Origin: Bacilli bacterium
GTDB taxonomy: Bacteria; Bacillota_I; Bacilli_A; RF39; UBA660
Reading direction: 5' to 3'
Length of the DNA: 64,000 nt
NCBI GenBank assembly: GCA_017622175.1
Contig: JAGARQ010000038.1
Location: 4,510-68,509, forward strand
This document shows positions 9,001-17,061 of this stretch, one piece after another (positions within the stretch are counted from its first letter, which is position 1; the number at the start of each line of letters is the position of its first letter). Below the pieces are notes generated by a model that made no database searches, was not told where the DNA came from, and worked only from the letters and a program-made list of their open reading frames with translations. Made by a program: the position numbers and the translations under genes.

Positions 9001-10664
9001 ACGTAATATGGTTGATGATGTCTGTAGTCTAAACCACTTTGTTCCATCTTACCATTATTATCTTTAAACTTTCTTGCTTGGAAAGATTTTTCTAAAGTAA
9101 GTGATATTTCTTTTGCCTCGTCTAAGTTAGTGGCGAAGTATCTTGTACTCCTATCATTACTCCAAATATGTGGGGCTACTTTTAGATATTCCCAATATGG
9201 AGCATTCTTTTCATTTGTAAATACTACTAATTTTAAATCTTCATAACTATGGTAAGCTAACATTTGAAGAACTAAACCTTCAATAAATTGACGTTTGTTA
9301 GCAGATGTACCAATAATTGCTGAAATATTTTTTTGAACAAATGATAGTGATACAGGAACATTTTCAAGCATTCTTGATTCTGCTCCTAATTTGTATACTT
9401 CTTTTAATAATTCATCTGTTTCAAGTGAGAATCTTTCTTCTGGGAAACTTACATTACCAAATAATGGTGTTGTACCAATACCTAGTCTTAAGTCTAAGAA
9501 ATCTTCTTGGTCAATTTCTCTTTCCCATAGGTTTCTCTTTTTACCGTAAATAATATCTTTTGTCGCTGATAAAGGAAGATAGTTATCAATTAAAATTTGA
9601 CGTTGAATCTTCATTTCAGCTTGAATTTTTTCACGTTTTTGTTCTACGTATTCATTATATTTTTTCAAACGTTCTTTTTCACGTTTTTTACGTTGTCTTT
9701 TTTGATAGTTTTGAGACATTATTGGCCAAACTATCATTGTACACATCATTGCTCCTGATGTTAATAATGTTGATGCTACATCTTTAATATCAACGGAACC
9801 ATTGATTACGCTCATAAAAGCACTTAATCCAGTTGATAAAGACATCATAGCCATAGTCATCATTGGCCCCAAAGTATAAATTAGTGGAGTCTTATCTTCT
9901 GCTTCTTTTCCTGGAGGTGGATCAATTCCAATATTTACTTCTTCAATTCTTGTTTTGAATCTTGGTGCACGATAGAAGTAATCTTCTTCTTTAAAGAATT
10001 CTATACTTTCTTCATCTGGATTATCTTCAACAGTTTGTGTTTGTACAAGTGGTCTTTCAATATCAAATAATCCTCTATTAAAGTTAACATAGTTTCCAAT
10101 TGTATTAATTACAAGTGATTGGTCCATTACAATAATCTTTAGACCCATTATAAATATAATATCTCCATATTCAAGAGTTTGTGTTGTTACTGCTACGTTA
10201 TTTACGTATGTTCCATATTTACTATTTAAATCTTGAATAACCCATGTACCACCACTATATATTAATCTTGCTTGTTGTTGTGATACAAGTGGATATGCAT
10301 AGCTAATATGAGCATTAGCATCATTACCTATTATAATTTCACCTTGGGCTTTTAATCTAAGTTTAAGTGTTGTCTTCTCTGTACTTGGTGAACAATATAA
10401 AATAACGTATTCATTATCTGTATTAATTTTTAAAAAATATAAGCTATATTCTTGTAAAATGGCAGAATCAATTTCGTGATCTCCATTCATAATTTTTGTT
10501 TCGAAGTCACTTTTGATTTTCCATTGTCCATTATCTTCTTCTACGTTAATTAAGTTTCTTACATTACCGAGATAATCGTTGTCTGTGATCCAATAGTTTC
10601 CGGCAACTTTTGTTGGTAATGTAAAATTATATATTTTGCTTTTTTTAATCAATCTTACGATCAC
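6081..10664 (-). CDS. essC: EssC/YukB FtsK-SpoIIIE family type VII secretion ATPase
   Basis: N-terminal FHA-like region (GTWVIQDLNSKYGTYVNN), two TM helices, then P-loop domains (GMTGSGKSEF with SDEFAEL; GSGGSGKE). GTG start lies 6 nt after GGGGTGA. Confidence 0.92.
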   Translation of the reverse strand: MIVRLIKKSKIYNFTLPTKVAGNYWITDNDYLGNVRNLINVEEDNGQWKIKSDFETKIMNGDHEIDSAILQEYSLYFLKINTDNEYVILYCSPSTEKTTLKLRLKAQGEIIIGNDANAHISYAYPLVSQQQARLIYSGGTWVIQDLNSKYGTYVNNVAVTTQTLEYGDIIFIMGLKIIVMDQSLVINTIGNYVNFNRGLFDIERPLVQTQTVEDNPDEESIEFFKEEDYFYRAPRFKTRIEEVNIGIDPPPGKEAEDKTPLIYTLGPMMTMAMMSLSTGLSAFMSVINGSVDIKDVASTLLTSGAMMCTMIVWPIMSQNYQKRQRKKREKERLKKYNEYVEQKREKIQAEMKIQRQILIDNYLPLSATKDIIYGKKRNLWEREIDQEDFLDLRLGIGTTPLFGNVSFPEERFSLETDELLKEVYKLGAESRMLENVPVSLSFVQKNISAIIGTSANKRQFIEGLVLQMLAYHSYEDLKLVVFTNEKNAPYWEYLKVAPHIWSNDRSTRYFATNLDEAKEISLTLEKSFQARKFKDNNGKMEQSGLDYRHHQPYYVIFTDDYKGIRDIEIIKDVAESNVNYGFSLIVVSPRLINIPNECKTFVSIGDKKSGVFENELVSNKQKEFLADFDPTLNMFECCKILANIPIDIAKENQSLPNALTFLEMYNVGMVEQLNILNRWKQNDPTKSLQAPVGVDKTRELFKLDLHEKFHGPHGLIAGMTGSGKSEFIISYIMSMALNYHPYEVSFVLIDYKGGGLTGAFENRETGMKLPHLAGTITNLDTNEMNRSLASIQSELRKRQRMFNEARDKLNESTIDIYKYQGLYRKGLVDKPISHLFIISDEFAELKAQRPEFMEQLISTARIGRSLGVHLILATQKPAGVVNEQIWSNSKFRVCLKVQDKADSNDMIRVPDAANLKEAGRFYLQVGYNELFAMGQAAWAGAKYYPTEKRKKKVDQSINIIDNVGNVIKNLDTKQDDVVVEAKGEEITSIIQYIVDEAKAENIEIEQLWLDKIPDTIYVEELKKKYNYQIKKNDINPVIGEYDDPDNQQQHLLTLPLSRDGNAIIFGSGGSGKELMLTSIIYSTITTHDSSEVNFYILDFGAETMTMFKKAPHVGEVLLAADNEKIDNLFKMITKIIEERKRLFVDYNGSFDFYINHGGKQLPLIIVAINNVEAFMETYGDYEEILGQITRDCLKYGVVFMFTTNGPNTVRYRIRQNFRQNVVLQFNDPSDYASVLPGVRKKEPSKVFGRGMIALDAIYEFQTAYPYKEEKMSDYIRIICTKLAEICTYKAKKVPILPETIGQEEVAEVLGNLRTIPVGVEKESLEIATINLKDSYIYNITGEDVTSLPGFLHGIARAVVKVPNTQCIILDAANALNGTTFAEETITYGSGTCKDVVTKVIDICNAKKANNTPDEVVCMIVGLNSLFQKMTALEKGNFTLAIQNSSSLGTIRFIMVETIDQIKSISYEAWYKASIDLSAGIWIGNGIANQFTLKVTTNARTLRAEIDPKFGYVIKKGKATLIKFISNE

Positions 10665-10702
10665 TTAAGATCACCCCAGTTATTATTCCTATTCTATATG
10701 TA

Positions 10703-10731
10703 ATTATATATGTTTTTCAATTTTTTTACAA
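10703..10731 (-). promoter_or_regulatory. Sigma-A type promoter of essC operon (TTGTAA-17 nt-TATAAT)
   Basis: Hexamers read on the minus strand at 10726-10731 and 10703-10708. Confidence 0.6.
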
Positions 10732-10770
10732 CATTATTTTACTTAATTTGCTAAAAGAATTTTTTGTAAT

Positions 10771-11433
10771 TTATCTTTCAAGATATAATTTGTCTTGAGC
10801 CTCTAAATAAATACCATATAAATCCTTCTTAGGGCATATAAATATTAGTTTTTTATTATCTACTGGTATGTCCTGCTCTTGTTTTTCAGGATTATCTGGT
10901 TGTAGTGGTTCTTCTATATCTTTTTCTATTTTTTTAAAATTTATATTTGCTGAGTCAATTATAGTTATGGAATCATCTATCCATAGACATTCTTCTGGTT
11001 TCTTTTTATTATTAATTGAAAAAGAACCACCATTATTTTTGTACCATCCAGTTCCAGTAAATTTTCCTTTTCCACATTCTATATGGCAGTGATTTCCTGT
11101 TGTTTGTCCTTTTGTACCTTCTGTATAGAAAGGTTCATTCTGATTTATTCTTTTACCAACAAATAAATCACTTACATCGTTAGAGTGTGCAAACATTATA
11201 GTCATATAATCAATTGTTCCATCTGGATATTCTACTGGTTCAGTACTTTCAAGCCATACTTCGTTAGCGTCTTGAGGATATATTTTTTTAATTATACCAG
11301 TAAAAGGAGCGTTAATTGTAGAAATAGATGAATCAATGCTTGCCTCATCTATTGCATAACTATCTATGTGAGAACCTATATTGTATCCTTGAGTAATTCT
11401 CATATATTTACTGGGATATATTGGTTTTTCCAT
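10771..11433 (-). CDS. M23/LytM-family peptidoglycan peptidase, signal-less (endolysin-like)
   Basis: INAPFTGIIKKIY, MFAHSNDVS..VGKRINQNEPF and GQTTGNHCHIE match the M23 strand/HxH pattern. No signal peptide. RBS AGGAGG. The start lies inside the holin 3' end. Confidence 0.65.
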   Translation of the reverse strand: MEKPIYPSKYMRITQGYNIGSHIDSYAIDEASIDSSISTINAPFTGIIKKIYPQDANEVWLESTEPVEYPDGTIDYMTIMFAHSNDVSDLFVGKRINQNEPFYTEGTKGQTTGNHCHIECGKGKFTGTGWYKNNGGSFSINNKKKPEECLWIDDSITIIDSANINFKKIEKDIEEPLQPDNPEKQEQDIPVDNKKLIFICPKKDLYGIYLEAQDKLYLER

Positions 11434-11770
11434 TATTATCCTCCTTATTTATTATGTTTTCTTTGGAGATAGTGACTTTATTTCTATTTATTATTTCACC
11501 ATATGATTGAAGTTTTCCTTCTAATGTTTTGTATAGTGTATCTGCTCCTAGAAAAGAAAATAATCCCACCCATAAACTTGTTGGGAATGTAACGTTAGTA
11601 AATGACATACAAAATACAATGCCTATGGATAAATTTACTATTAATGAATATATTGGAATTAATTTTTGTGTTGGTAAATGTCTTTTTGTTTTTTGAATAA
11701 ACGTACACGTAAAAACACTTAGAGCTATGGAAACGACTAATAATTCTTGTAAATATTCTATTTTTAACAT
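11408..11770 (-). CDS. Phage holin, Listeria A118 Hol118-like family
   Basis: 120 aa with 3 hydrophobic segments and a charged tail. Aligns by eye with Hol118 (ELLV..F[VI]Q..KKT..P..S.LI..G...W.G...G..L[FY]...K.YGE). Overlaps the lysin gene by 26 nt. Confidence 0.7.
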   Translation of the reverse strand: MLKIEYLQELLVVSIALSVFTCTFIQKTKRHLPTQKLIPIYSLIVNLSIGIVFCMSFTNVTFPTSLWVGLFSFLGADTLYKTLEGKLQSYGEIINRNKVTISKENIINKEDNNGKTNISQ

Positions 11771-11794
11771 ATATTACCTCCTTATAGTAATATA

Positions 11795-11818
11795 TGAAAA
11801 AAAGGACTTTTAGTCCTT
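11795..11818 (-). terminator. Intrinsic terminator after the 145-aa gene
   Basis: aaggac/gtcctt stem followed by a U-run on the minus RNA. It overlaps the stop codon. Confidence 0.6.
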
Positions 11819-12254
11819 ATTTTTTTGATATTGATAAAATGGTTATGACATTTATAATTGCAAATAATTTATCTGATGTTGAGATATTAATAGTCCATTT
11901 TTCAGGGTCATCTAATAAGTCATTTTTCATACTTACAATTATTTCTTCTTTTTCATTTTTTACAGCAAAGTCAGAATATGTAATATCTGATGAAATATGC
12001 CAATTCTTATTAATAAGAGTATATCCTTTTGGGGTTTTATTATCAGATGTTATTTCATCTACTAATGTTCCATTCATATATAACTTATATTTTTTCTTAG
12101 AGAATAAATTATATTTAACTTCTGCTAATTGTAACTCATTTTCATCATATATGTAATAATTAAATCCCTTGTGTTTACATATGTATAGAACTTTTTCATT
12201 TTTGTCTTTTATGATATATTTTCCTAATCCATCTTGAATTAATATTAAATCCAT
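11817..12254 (-). CDS. Hypothetical protein; weak resemblance to LURP-one/tubby-C-like (YxjI-type) fold
   Basis: 145 aa with an alternating beta-strand-like pattern. Own promoter TTGATT-18-TATACT and RBS AGGTGAT. Confidence 0.5.
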   Translation of the reverse strand: MDLILIQDGLGKYIIKDKNEKVLYICKHKGFNYYIYDENELQLAEVKYNLFSKKKYKLYMNGTLVDEITSDNKTPKGYTLINKNWHISSDITYSDFAVKNEKEEIIVSMKNDLLDDPEKWTINISTSDKLFAIINVITILSISKK

Positions 12255-12328
12255 ATAATCACCTACTATATTGAGTATAGCACTTGTTTTCTAGTGCAAT
12301 CAAATAAAAATAACATTGTTTATGTAAA

Positions 12329-12898
12329 CTAATTGTCTTGCTTTTTTCTAAATATAGATTTAATAAATTTCTTAACCCCTGTTTCTTTTTTAGGATTTTC
12401 TTTTATTTCCACAAGTTCTTCCGAACTTTCAGTAGTTGGACTTAGGACTAATTCAACTCCTTTAGGAAGTGGAAATGATAATTGTCCTCTTTTTAACATA
12501 ATTATGTCTCTAATCGTAAATATTTTAAAATCCATTAATTCTAAGTCCATTGTTACTTGTTCATATTGTTGTCTTCTATTTTCTACAGGCATAATATTAA
12601 ATTTATATATTTTTTCATTTTTAGCATCTCCAATACTTTGCCCTAATTCTATTAGTTGTTCTTCTGTTAGATCTTTAACTTCATTATAATCAACAATCCA
12701 GTCAATTCCTTTAAAAAACTCTATGTCTTCTGGCTTCGAAAATTCTATAAACTCATATCTATTACTATCATCTATTATTGTAATTCCTTTTCCAAAAACT
12801 TGCATAAAAATAGATGCAGGGATAGATAGTCCCGAACTATTTAAATATGCCATATCATTTTTTTGAACGTACATTTTATTATCCTTTAATATTTTCAT
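12329..12898 (-). CDS. Hypothetical protein
   Basis: 189 aa. RBS GAGGAGG and an extended -10 (TGATATAAT) upstream. No motif recognised. Confidence 0.6.
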   Translation of the reverse strand: MKILKDNKMYVQKNDMAYLNSSGLSIPASIFMQVFGKGITIIDDSNRYEFIEFSKPEDIEFFKGIDWIVDYNEVKDLTEEQLIELGQSIGDAKNEKIYKFNIMPVENRRQQYEQVTMDLELMDFKIFTIRDIIMLKRGQLSFPLPKGVELVLSPTTESSEELVEIKENPKKETGVKKFIKSIFRKKQDN

Positions 12899-12942
12899 AA
12901 TGAACCTCCTCTTTTATGTTCTATATTATATCATACTTTGTT

Positions 12943-14709
12943 TTATTTCTTATATATTTTCACAAGTTCCTGTTGAAATTCTTCTTTTGCTCTTGGATCT
13001 TGGGTATCCGATAGAAATGAATCTATAGTTCCATCTGTAAATAATGTGATATACCAGTCTTTATTACATATGGTTTGTTGTTCTTGATGTTTTGCCATTT
13101 CTTGATAAAATGTGAACCCTTCACTTGTTTGACTTCTTTGAAAGCGTAACGAGATTATTCTTTTTTCTATATCAGGATTAAAAGAGAATTTATTTGTTGC
13201 TAATACTAGTTCTCTTTTATCAAAATATCTTTTTTCTGGTATATATAATTTTATATCTGAAATGTTTTTTTCAGGAGCAGTATCTAACAAGCATTGATAA
13301 TTGGAAATACCATTGTAATAATTATTTCCATTTTCTAATATAGGGCTTACTAAAAATGGCAATATGTTGCTGTTATAGTTAGATACATTAGAGTTTGTTG
13401 CTCCTATGATTGTTGCTACTATTTCATCACCGTTTTTATTCATATAATCCATAATTTGTTTTAATATTGATTTTGTTAAATCATATAATTTTTTCCCTGT
13501 CAGTTCTGGTGGAACCCATTTACTCGTTTCTATTCCTTGAGCAATTATTGTGTTTCCATTTCTCATAAGTAGAACCATTGCATAATCTTTATATTCTTTA
13601 GTTGAAAAGCTTAATATGCGCATATGTTCGCTATCAAGAAATTGTGAGAAAAGAATTGATGCATCACCATTTATTCTAAAGCAGTTACCGGAACGGTATC
13701 CATGTGTTAGATTTCTTGGCTCACTTAATGATAGTAATTCCGGTATTATTTCATTTTGAGTTTTTAGTTCAATTTGTGGGATAGATGATTTATACTTATT
13801 TCTTAATTTTTTTGTATATGCTTTTGTATTTATTGCAATGACTTCATCTTCTTCTGTTTGTTGTGCAGCATATTTATGATAATAAGACGACAACATGTCT
13901 TCTCTTATTTCTCCTGTAATTTCAGGTGTTGTTGGATCTTGTGTTAAAAATCTTTCTTTTAATAATTGTTGTAGCGATTCTTGTTTGAACTTTGTACCAA
14001 TTTTATGAATAAAATATGGTAGATTATTATAAAAATAGTCAAAATTTATAAATAGTTCTATAAATTTTCCAGCTAGCATTTGTCTAATTGGATTATTAAA
14101 GTCTGTTTTGTTTCCAAATAAATAGTTTTTTAAAATGTCTTGTTCTGTCTCTGACATGTTGTTTAATTCTATTTTTTTTACAAAATAATGAAGTTGTTCA
14201 TAACTAACATTTCCATATTTTTGATTAATTAGTTCCAATGTATTTTCATAACCTAAACATGTATATAGTTTATATGCAACTTCTTGATATTCTTGTTCCT
14301 GGTATGTAGGTCTTCTTCTTAATTTCCATTGCAATTCTTCTTCTATTTTGATATCTAAAATATTTTTATCTTGTGGTAGATTATGTAATAGTTTAACTAT
14401 TTTATTAATTCTTTTCTTGGGAATCTGAAAGTATGTTTGTGGTGAAAGATATTGTTCTATTTCTGTTGTTGATTCGTTATTATTTTTTAAAGCACTTATT
14501 AATTTGTATATATTACCTTTCATTATTGTTTTCAATATACTTTTTTTGTTTAATTTTTGTAAAACTAATTCATAAAATTCTATTGGCATATTATTTATTC
14601 CGTAAAATGACTCAATAAAATTCTCCATTCTCTTAGTTGATGGACTTTTCTTTATCTGTAATAGTTCTTTTAAACATTTTAGTTTTTCTATTATTGTTTT
14701 TTCTTTCAT
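12943..14709 (-). CDS. Hypothetical protein (588 aa, soluble)
   Basis: Long uninterrupted ORF. Promoter TTGAAA-17-TATTAT and RBS GGGGAA. No motif recognised. Confidence 0.65.
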   Translation of the reverse strand: MKEKTIIEKLKCLKELLQIKKSPSTKRMENFIESFYGINNMPIEFYELVLQKLNKKSILKTIMKGNIYKLISALKNNNESTTEIEQYLSPQTYFQIPKKRINKIVKLLHNLPQDKNILDIKIEEELQWKLRRRPTYQEQEYQEVAYKLYTCLGYENTLELINQKYGNVSYEQLHYFVKKIELNNMSETEQDILKNYLFGNKTDFNNPIRQMLAGKFIELFINFDYFYNNLPYFIHKIGTKFKQESLQQLLKERFLTQDPTTPEITGEIREDMLSSYYHKYAAQQTEEDEVIAINTKAYTKKLRNKYKSSIPQIELKTQNEIIPELLSLSEPRNLTHGYRSGNCFRINGDASILFSQFLDSEHMRILSFSTKEYKDYAMVLLMRNGNTIIAQGIETSKWVPPELTGKKLYDLTKSILKQIMDYMNKNGDEIVATIIGATNSNVSNYNSNILPFLVSPILENGNNYYNGISNYQCLLDTAPEKNISDIKLYIPEKRYFDKRELVLATNKFSFNPDIEKRIISLRFQRSQTSEGFTFYQEMAKHQEQQTICNKDWYITLFTDGTIDSFLSDTQDPRAKEEFQQELVKIYKK

Positions 14710-14773
14710 ATTATTCCCCGTTAATTTTCTTTATATAATAACAGATTTTCTTTGTATTTTCAATAAATTAGTG

Positions 14774-14807
14774 CAGCAAAAAAGCTTGGATATTTCTCCA
14801 AGCTTTT
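14774..14807 (-). terminator. Intrinsic terminator after rpsI
   Basis: aaaagcttgga/tccaagctttt inverted repeat followed by a U-run on the minus RNA. Confidence 0.75.
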
Positions 14808-14820
14808 GTAAAACTGTATA

Positions 14821-15246
14821 TTAACGTTTTGAGAATTGTGGAGCACGACGTGCTTTTTTAAGTCCTGGTTTTTTACGTTCTTTCTTACGAGAATCTCTTG
14901 TAATAAATCCAGCAACTTTTAATGTTTTTCTGAAACTATTTTCTGAATCAGCTGGTGTTGTTTTATCATAGTCTAATAATGCTTTAGTAATTCCGTGACG
15001 GATAGCTCCAGTTTGTCCAGAGAATCCTCCACCTTTTACTTGTGCATCTACGTCAAACATTTCTCTTGTGTTTGTAACATCAAGTGGTTGACATAAGTCC
15101 ATTACTAATACTTCGAAAGGTAAGTAGTCATGAACATCTTTACCATTAACAGTAATTTTTCCTGTTCCTGGAGTTAATGTAACGCGAGCTACACTAGTTT
15201 TTCTGTGTCCAGTACCAGTATAAACATTTTTCTTTTCTTTTGCCAT
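14821..15246 (-). CDS. rpsI: 30S ribosomal protein S9
   Basis: [12 protein letters not shown] ... [10 protein letters not shown]-terminus. Downstream of rplM. Confidence 0.97.
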   Translation of the reverse strand: MAKEKKNVYTGTGHRKTSVARVTLTPGTGKITVNGKDVHDYLPFEVLVMDLCQPLDVTNTREMFDVDAQVKGGGFSGQTGAIRHGITKALLDYDKTTPADSENSFRKTLKVAGFITRDSRKKERKKPGLKKARRAPQFSKR

Positions 15247-15258
15247 ACTTAAACCCTC

Positions 15259-15690
15259 CTACTTAACTTCAAGCACTTCTGGTTTTTGTGCTTCATGTTT
15301 ATGTTCATTTCCAGCGTATACGAATAATTTCTTATACATTTGTCTTCCTAATCTGTTATGTGGAAGCATACCTTTTACAGCTCTTTCCATCATTTCAGTT
15401 GGATATTGTTCTCTCATTACTTTAGCAGTTCTTTCTCTTAATCCACCTTGATACATAGAATGGTCATAGTACATTTTGTTTTCTAATTTGTTACCAGTTA
15501 GATTAACTTTTTCTGCATTTACAATAATGATGTTATCTCCGCAATCGATATGTGGAGTATAAGTTGGTTTGTGTTTTCCACGTAGGTATTTTGCAGCTAA
15601 GCTTGCAACACGACCTAAAGATTGTCCTTCAGCATCGATTACATACCATTTACGTTCTACAGTTTCTTTTTTTTGCATATAACTTGTCAT
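15259..15690 (-). CDS. rplM: 50S ribosomal protein L13
   Basis: Conserved L13 N-terminus [17 protein letters not shown] and GMLP motif. Confidence 0.97.
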   Translation of the reverse strand: MTSYMQKKETVERKWYVIDAEGQSLGRVASLAAKYLRGKHKPTYTPHIDCGDNIIIVNAEKVNLTGNKLENKMYYDHSMYQGGLRERTAKVMREQYPTEMMERAVKGMLPHNRLGRQMYKKLFVYAGNEHKHEAQKPEVLEVK

Positions 15691-15710
15691 ATTTTTTTCT
15701 CCTTTTACTT

Positions 15711-15737
15711 AAATCAGACTTTCCCAGGGTCTAATTT
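15711..15737 (-). promoter_or_regulatory. Hairpin in rplM 5' leader (candidate r-protein autoregulatory element)
   Basis: Minus RNA AAAUUAGAC-CCUGGGAAA-GUCUGAUUU forms a 9-bp stem just upstream of the RBS. Confidence 0.35.
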
Positions 15738-15767
15738 ATGTGGGGATATTCGAATGTACCGATTATG

Positions 15768-15796
15768 ATTATACTAAAAAAAGTATTAAATTGCAA
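15768..15796 (-). promoter_or_regulatory. Sigma-A promoter of rplM-rpsI (TTGCAA-17 nt-TATAAT)
   Basis: Hexamers at 15791-15796 and 15768-15773 on the minus strand. Confidence 0.7.
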
Positions 15797-15845
15797 TAGT
15801 TTTTATTACGATTTATATTGTTTTTCGGTACTTTTCACATAAATT

Positions 15846-16214
15846 TTACTTTTTTGTATATGGTTGTTTTGCGTCTCCTAATTCTGGATATTCGCTAGTT
15901 TCAAAATCAACTTGTTTTTCATCTAACATTGCAGATAATTCTGCTAATTTGTCATCACTTAATGATTCAACATAAGCTTGTGCATTATGAACATTTTTTA
16001 AGGTATTATTTAAACTTTGTTGTTGAAATCCATAAGTTGCTGTTGTAGCAGATGAACAAATTGTTGTTCCTAATGTCGATCTCTTTTTATCTACTAGAAT
16101 TGCTGTTTTATTTCCTTTTTCATCTGTCTCATATCTTACTGCTGTTTTTGCTGTTAATCCTGTTGCTCCTACAACTGTTGCTGTTTCACATAAAATTGTT
16201 GTTGATTGTATCAT
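15846..16214 (-). CDS. Small protein with two TTI-x-C motifs and a conserved acidic helical C-terminus (paralog of 17052-17393)
   Basis: ATG 16214 lies about 10 nt after GGGAGGG and 1 nt after the upstream gene stop. STTILCETATVVG and GTTICSSATTATYG, then AQAYVESLSDDKLAELSAMLDEK. Confidence 0.65.
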   Translation of the reverse strand: MIQSTTILCETATVVGATGLTAKTAVRYETDEKGNKTAILVDKKRSTLGTTICSSATTATYGFQQQSLNNTLKNVHNAQAYVESLSDDKLAELSAMLDEKQVDFETSEYPELGDAKQPYTKK

Positions 16215-16215
16215 A

Positions 16216-16986
16216 TTATTTTTTCCCTCCCGAACCTTTTGTATCAGTATCTTGTACTGACGATTGTCTATTTGCACCTAGTGTTACTTGAACTAGTTTT
16301 CTTAATTGTTCTAACTCTTCTTTGGTTTGTATGCTATCGATTACTTGCGTTAATGTTGGTATATCTTCTGTTTTTTCCATACTTCTACTTATTACTGCAC
16401 CAGCTTCAGAATATTGTTCAACATTTTTCTTGGTTCTTCTTTCTTCCAATTTTTTCATTGTTTCTTCTCGCATTTTATAACGATAGATATTACAGTTTTG
16501 AATGTTTACACATTGAAAGTTTATAAACGATGAACCTACTTCTAAAGCAAGGAATGGTATAACTACTGTTGGCCATATACCAAAGGCCGCAGCTATAGTT
16601 AATCCAGTAATCGCAATTGCATTCTTTATTAAGCCCTTCATATGTATATCTTTATTCCAATTTAAATAGTGTAATATTTCTGTTGGCTTATTTGGATCTA
16701 TATGATAATTTCGATTTTCTTCTCTATTAAATTCTTTTCTCATTAACATTTTTTGTCTACGATAGTGATCTATTATATGTTTTCTTTCTTCTGGTGTCTT
16801 TGCATTTTTCAGTTCTTTTTTTCTTTTTCGATCACAAATTTTATCATACCACTCAATGTATTTTGGAATAAATTTTTTTATAAATTTGTACTTTAACTCT
16901 TCTACTTTAAAAACTACTTTTTGGAACTTATTAGCTCCTAGTTTTTCGCAGAGTTTAATTTTCTTTTTATAATCAACTGCTTCCAT
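16216..16986 (-). CDS. Membrane protein with central 2-TM hairpin; weak resemblance to CrtO-like acyltransferase family
   Basis: Basic N-terminal region and a hydrophobic core GLIKNAIAITGLTIAAAFGIWPTVVIPFLALEVG. INFQCVNIQNCNIYRYK faintly resembles the QRYNR motif. Confidence 0.55.
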   Translation of the reverse strand: MEAVDYKKKIKLCEKLGANKFQKVVFKVEELKYKFIKKFIPKYIEWYDKICDRKRKKELKNAKTPEERKHIIDHYRRQKMLMRKEFNREENRNYHIDPNKPTEILHYLNWNKDIHMKGLIKNAIAITGLTIAAAFGIWPTVVIPFLALEVGSSFINFQCVNIQNCNIYRYKMREETMKKLEERRTKKNVEQYSEAGAVISRSMEKTEDIPTLTQVIDSIQTKEELEQLRKLVQVTLGANRQSSVQDTDTKGSGGKK

Positions 16987-17032
16987 AACCGATTCCCCTA
17001 TTCTCTTTGAACGGCTATTATTATACCATATA

Positions 17033-17061
17033 ACACAAAAAAAAGCAACTATTACTGTTGC
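17033..17061 (-). terminator. Intrinsic terminator after the 113-aa gene
   Basis: gcaac/gttgc stem followed by a run of 8 U on the minus RNA. The stop codon sits in the loop. Confidence 0.55.

Noticed and set aside
10771-14709. Intact prophage.
   Set aside because: Only a holin and a lysin are phage-like. No structural, replication, integrase or repressor genes, and no att-like direct repeats, were seen in the flanks.
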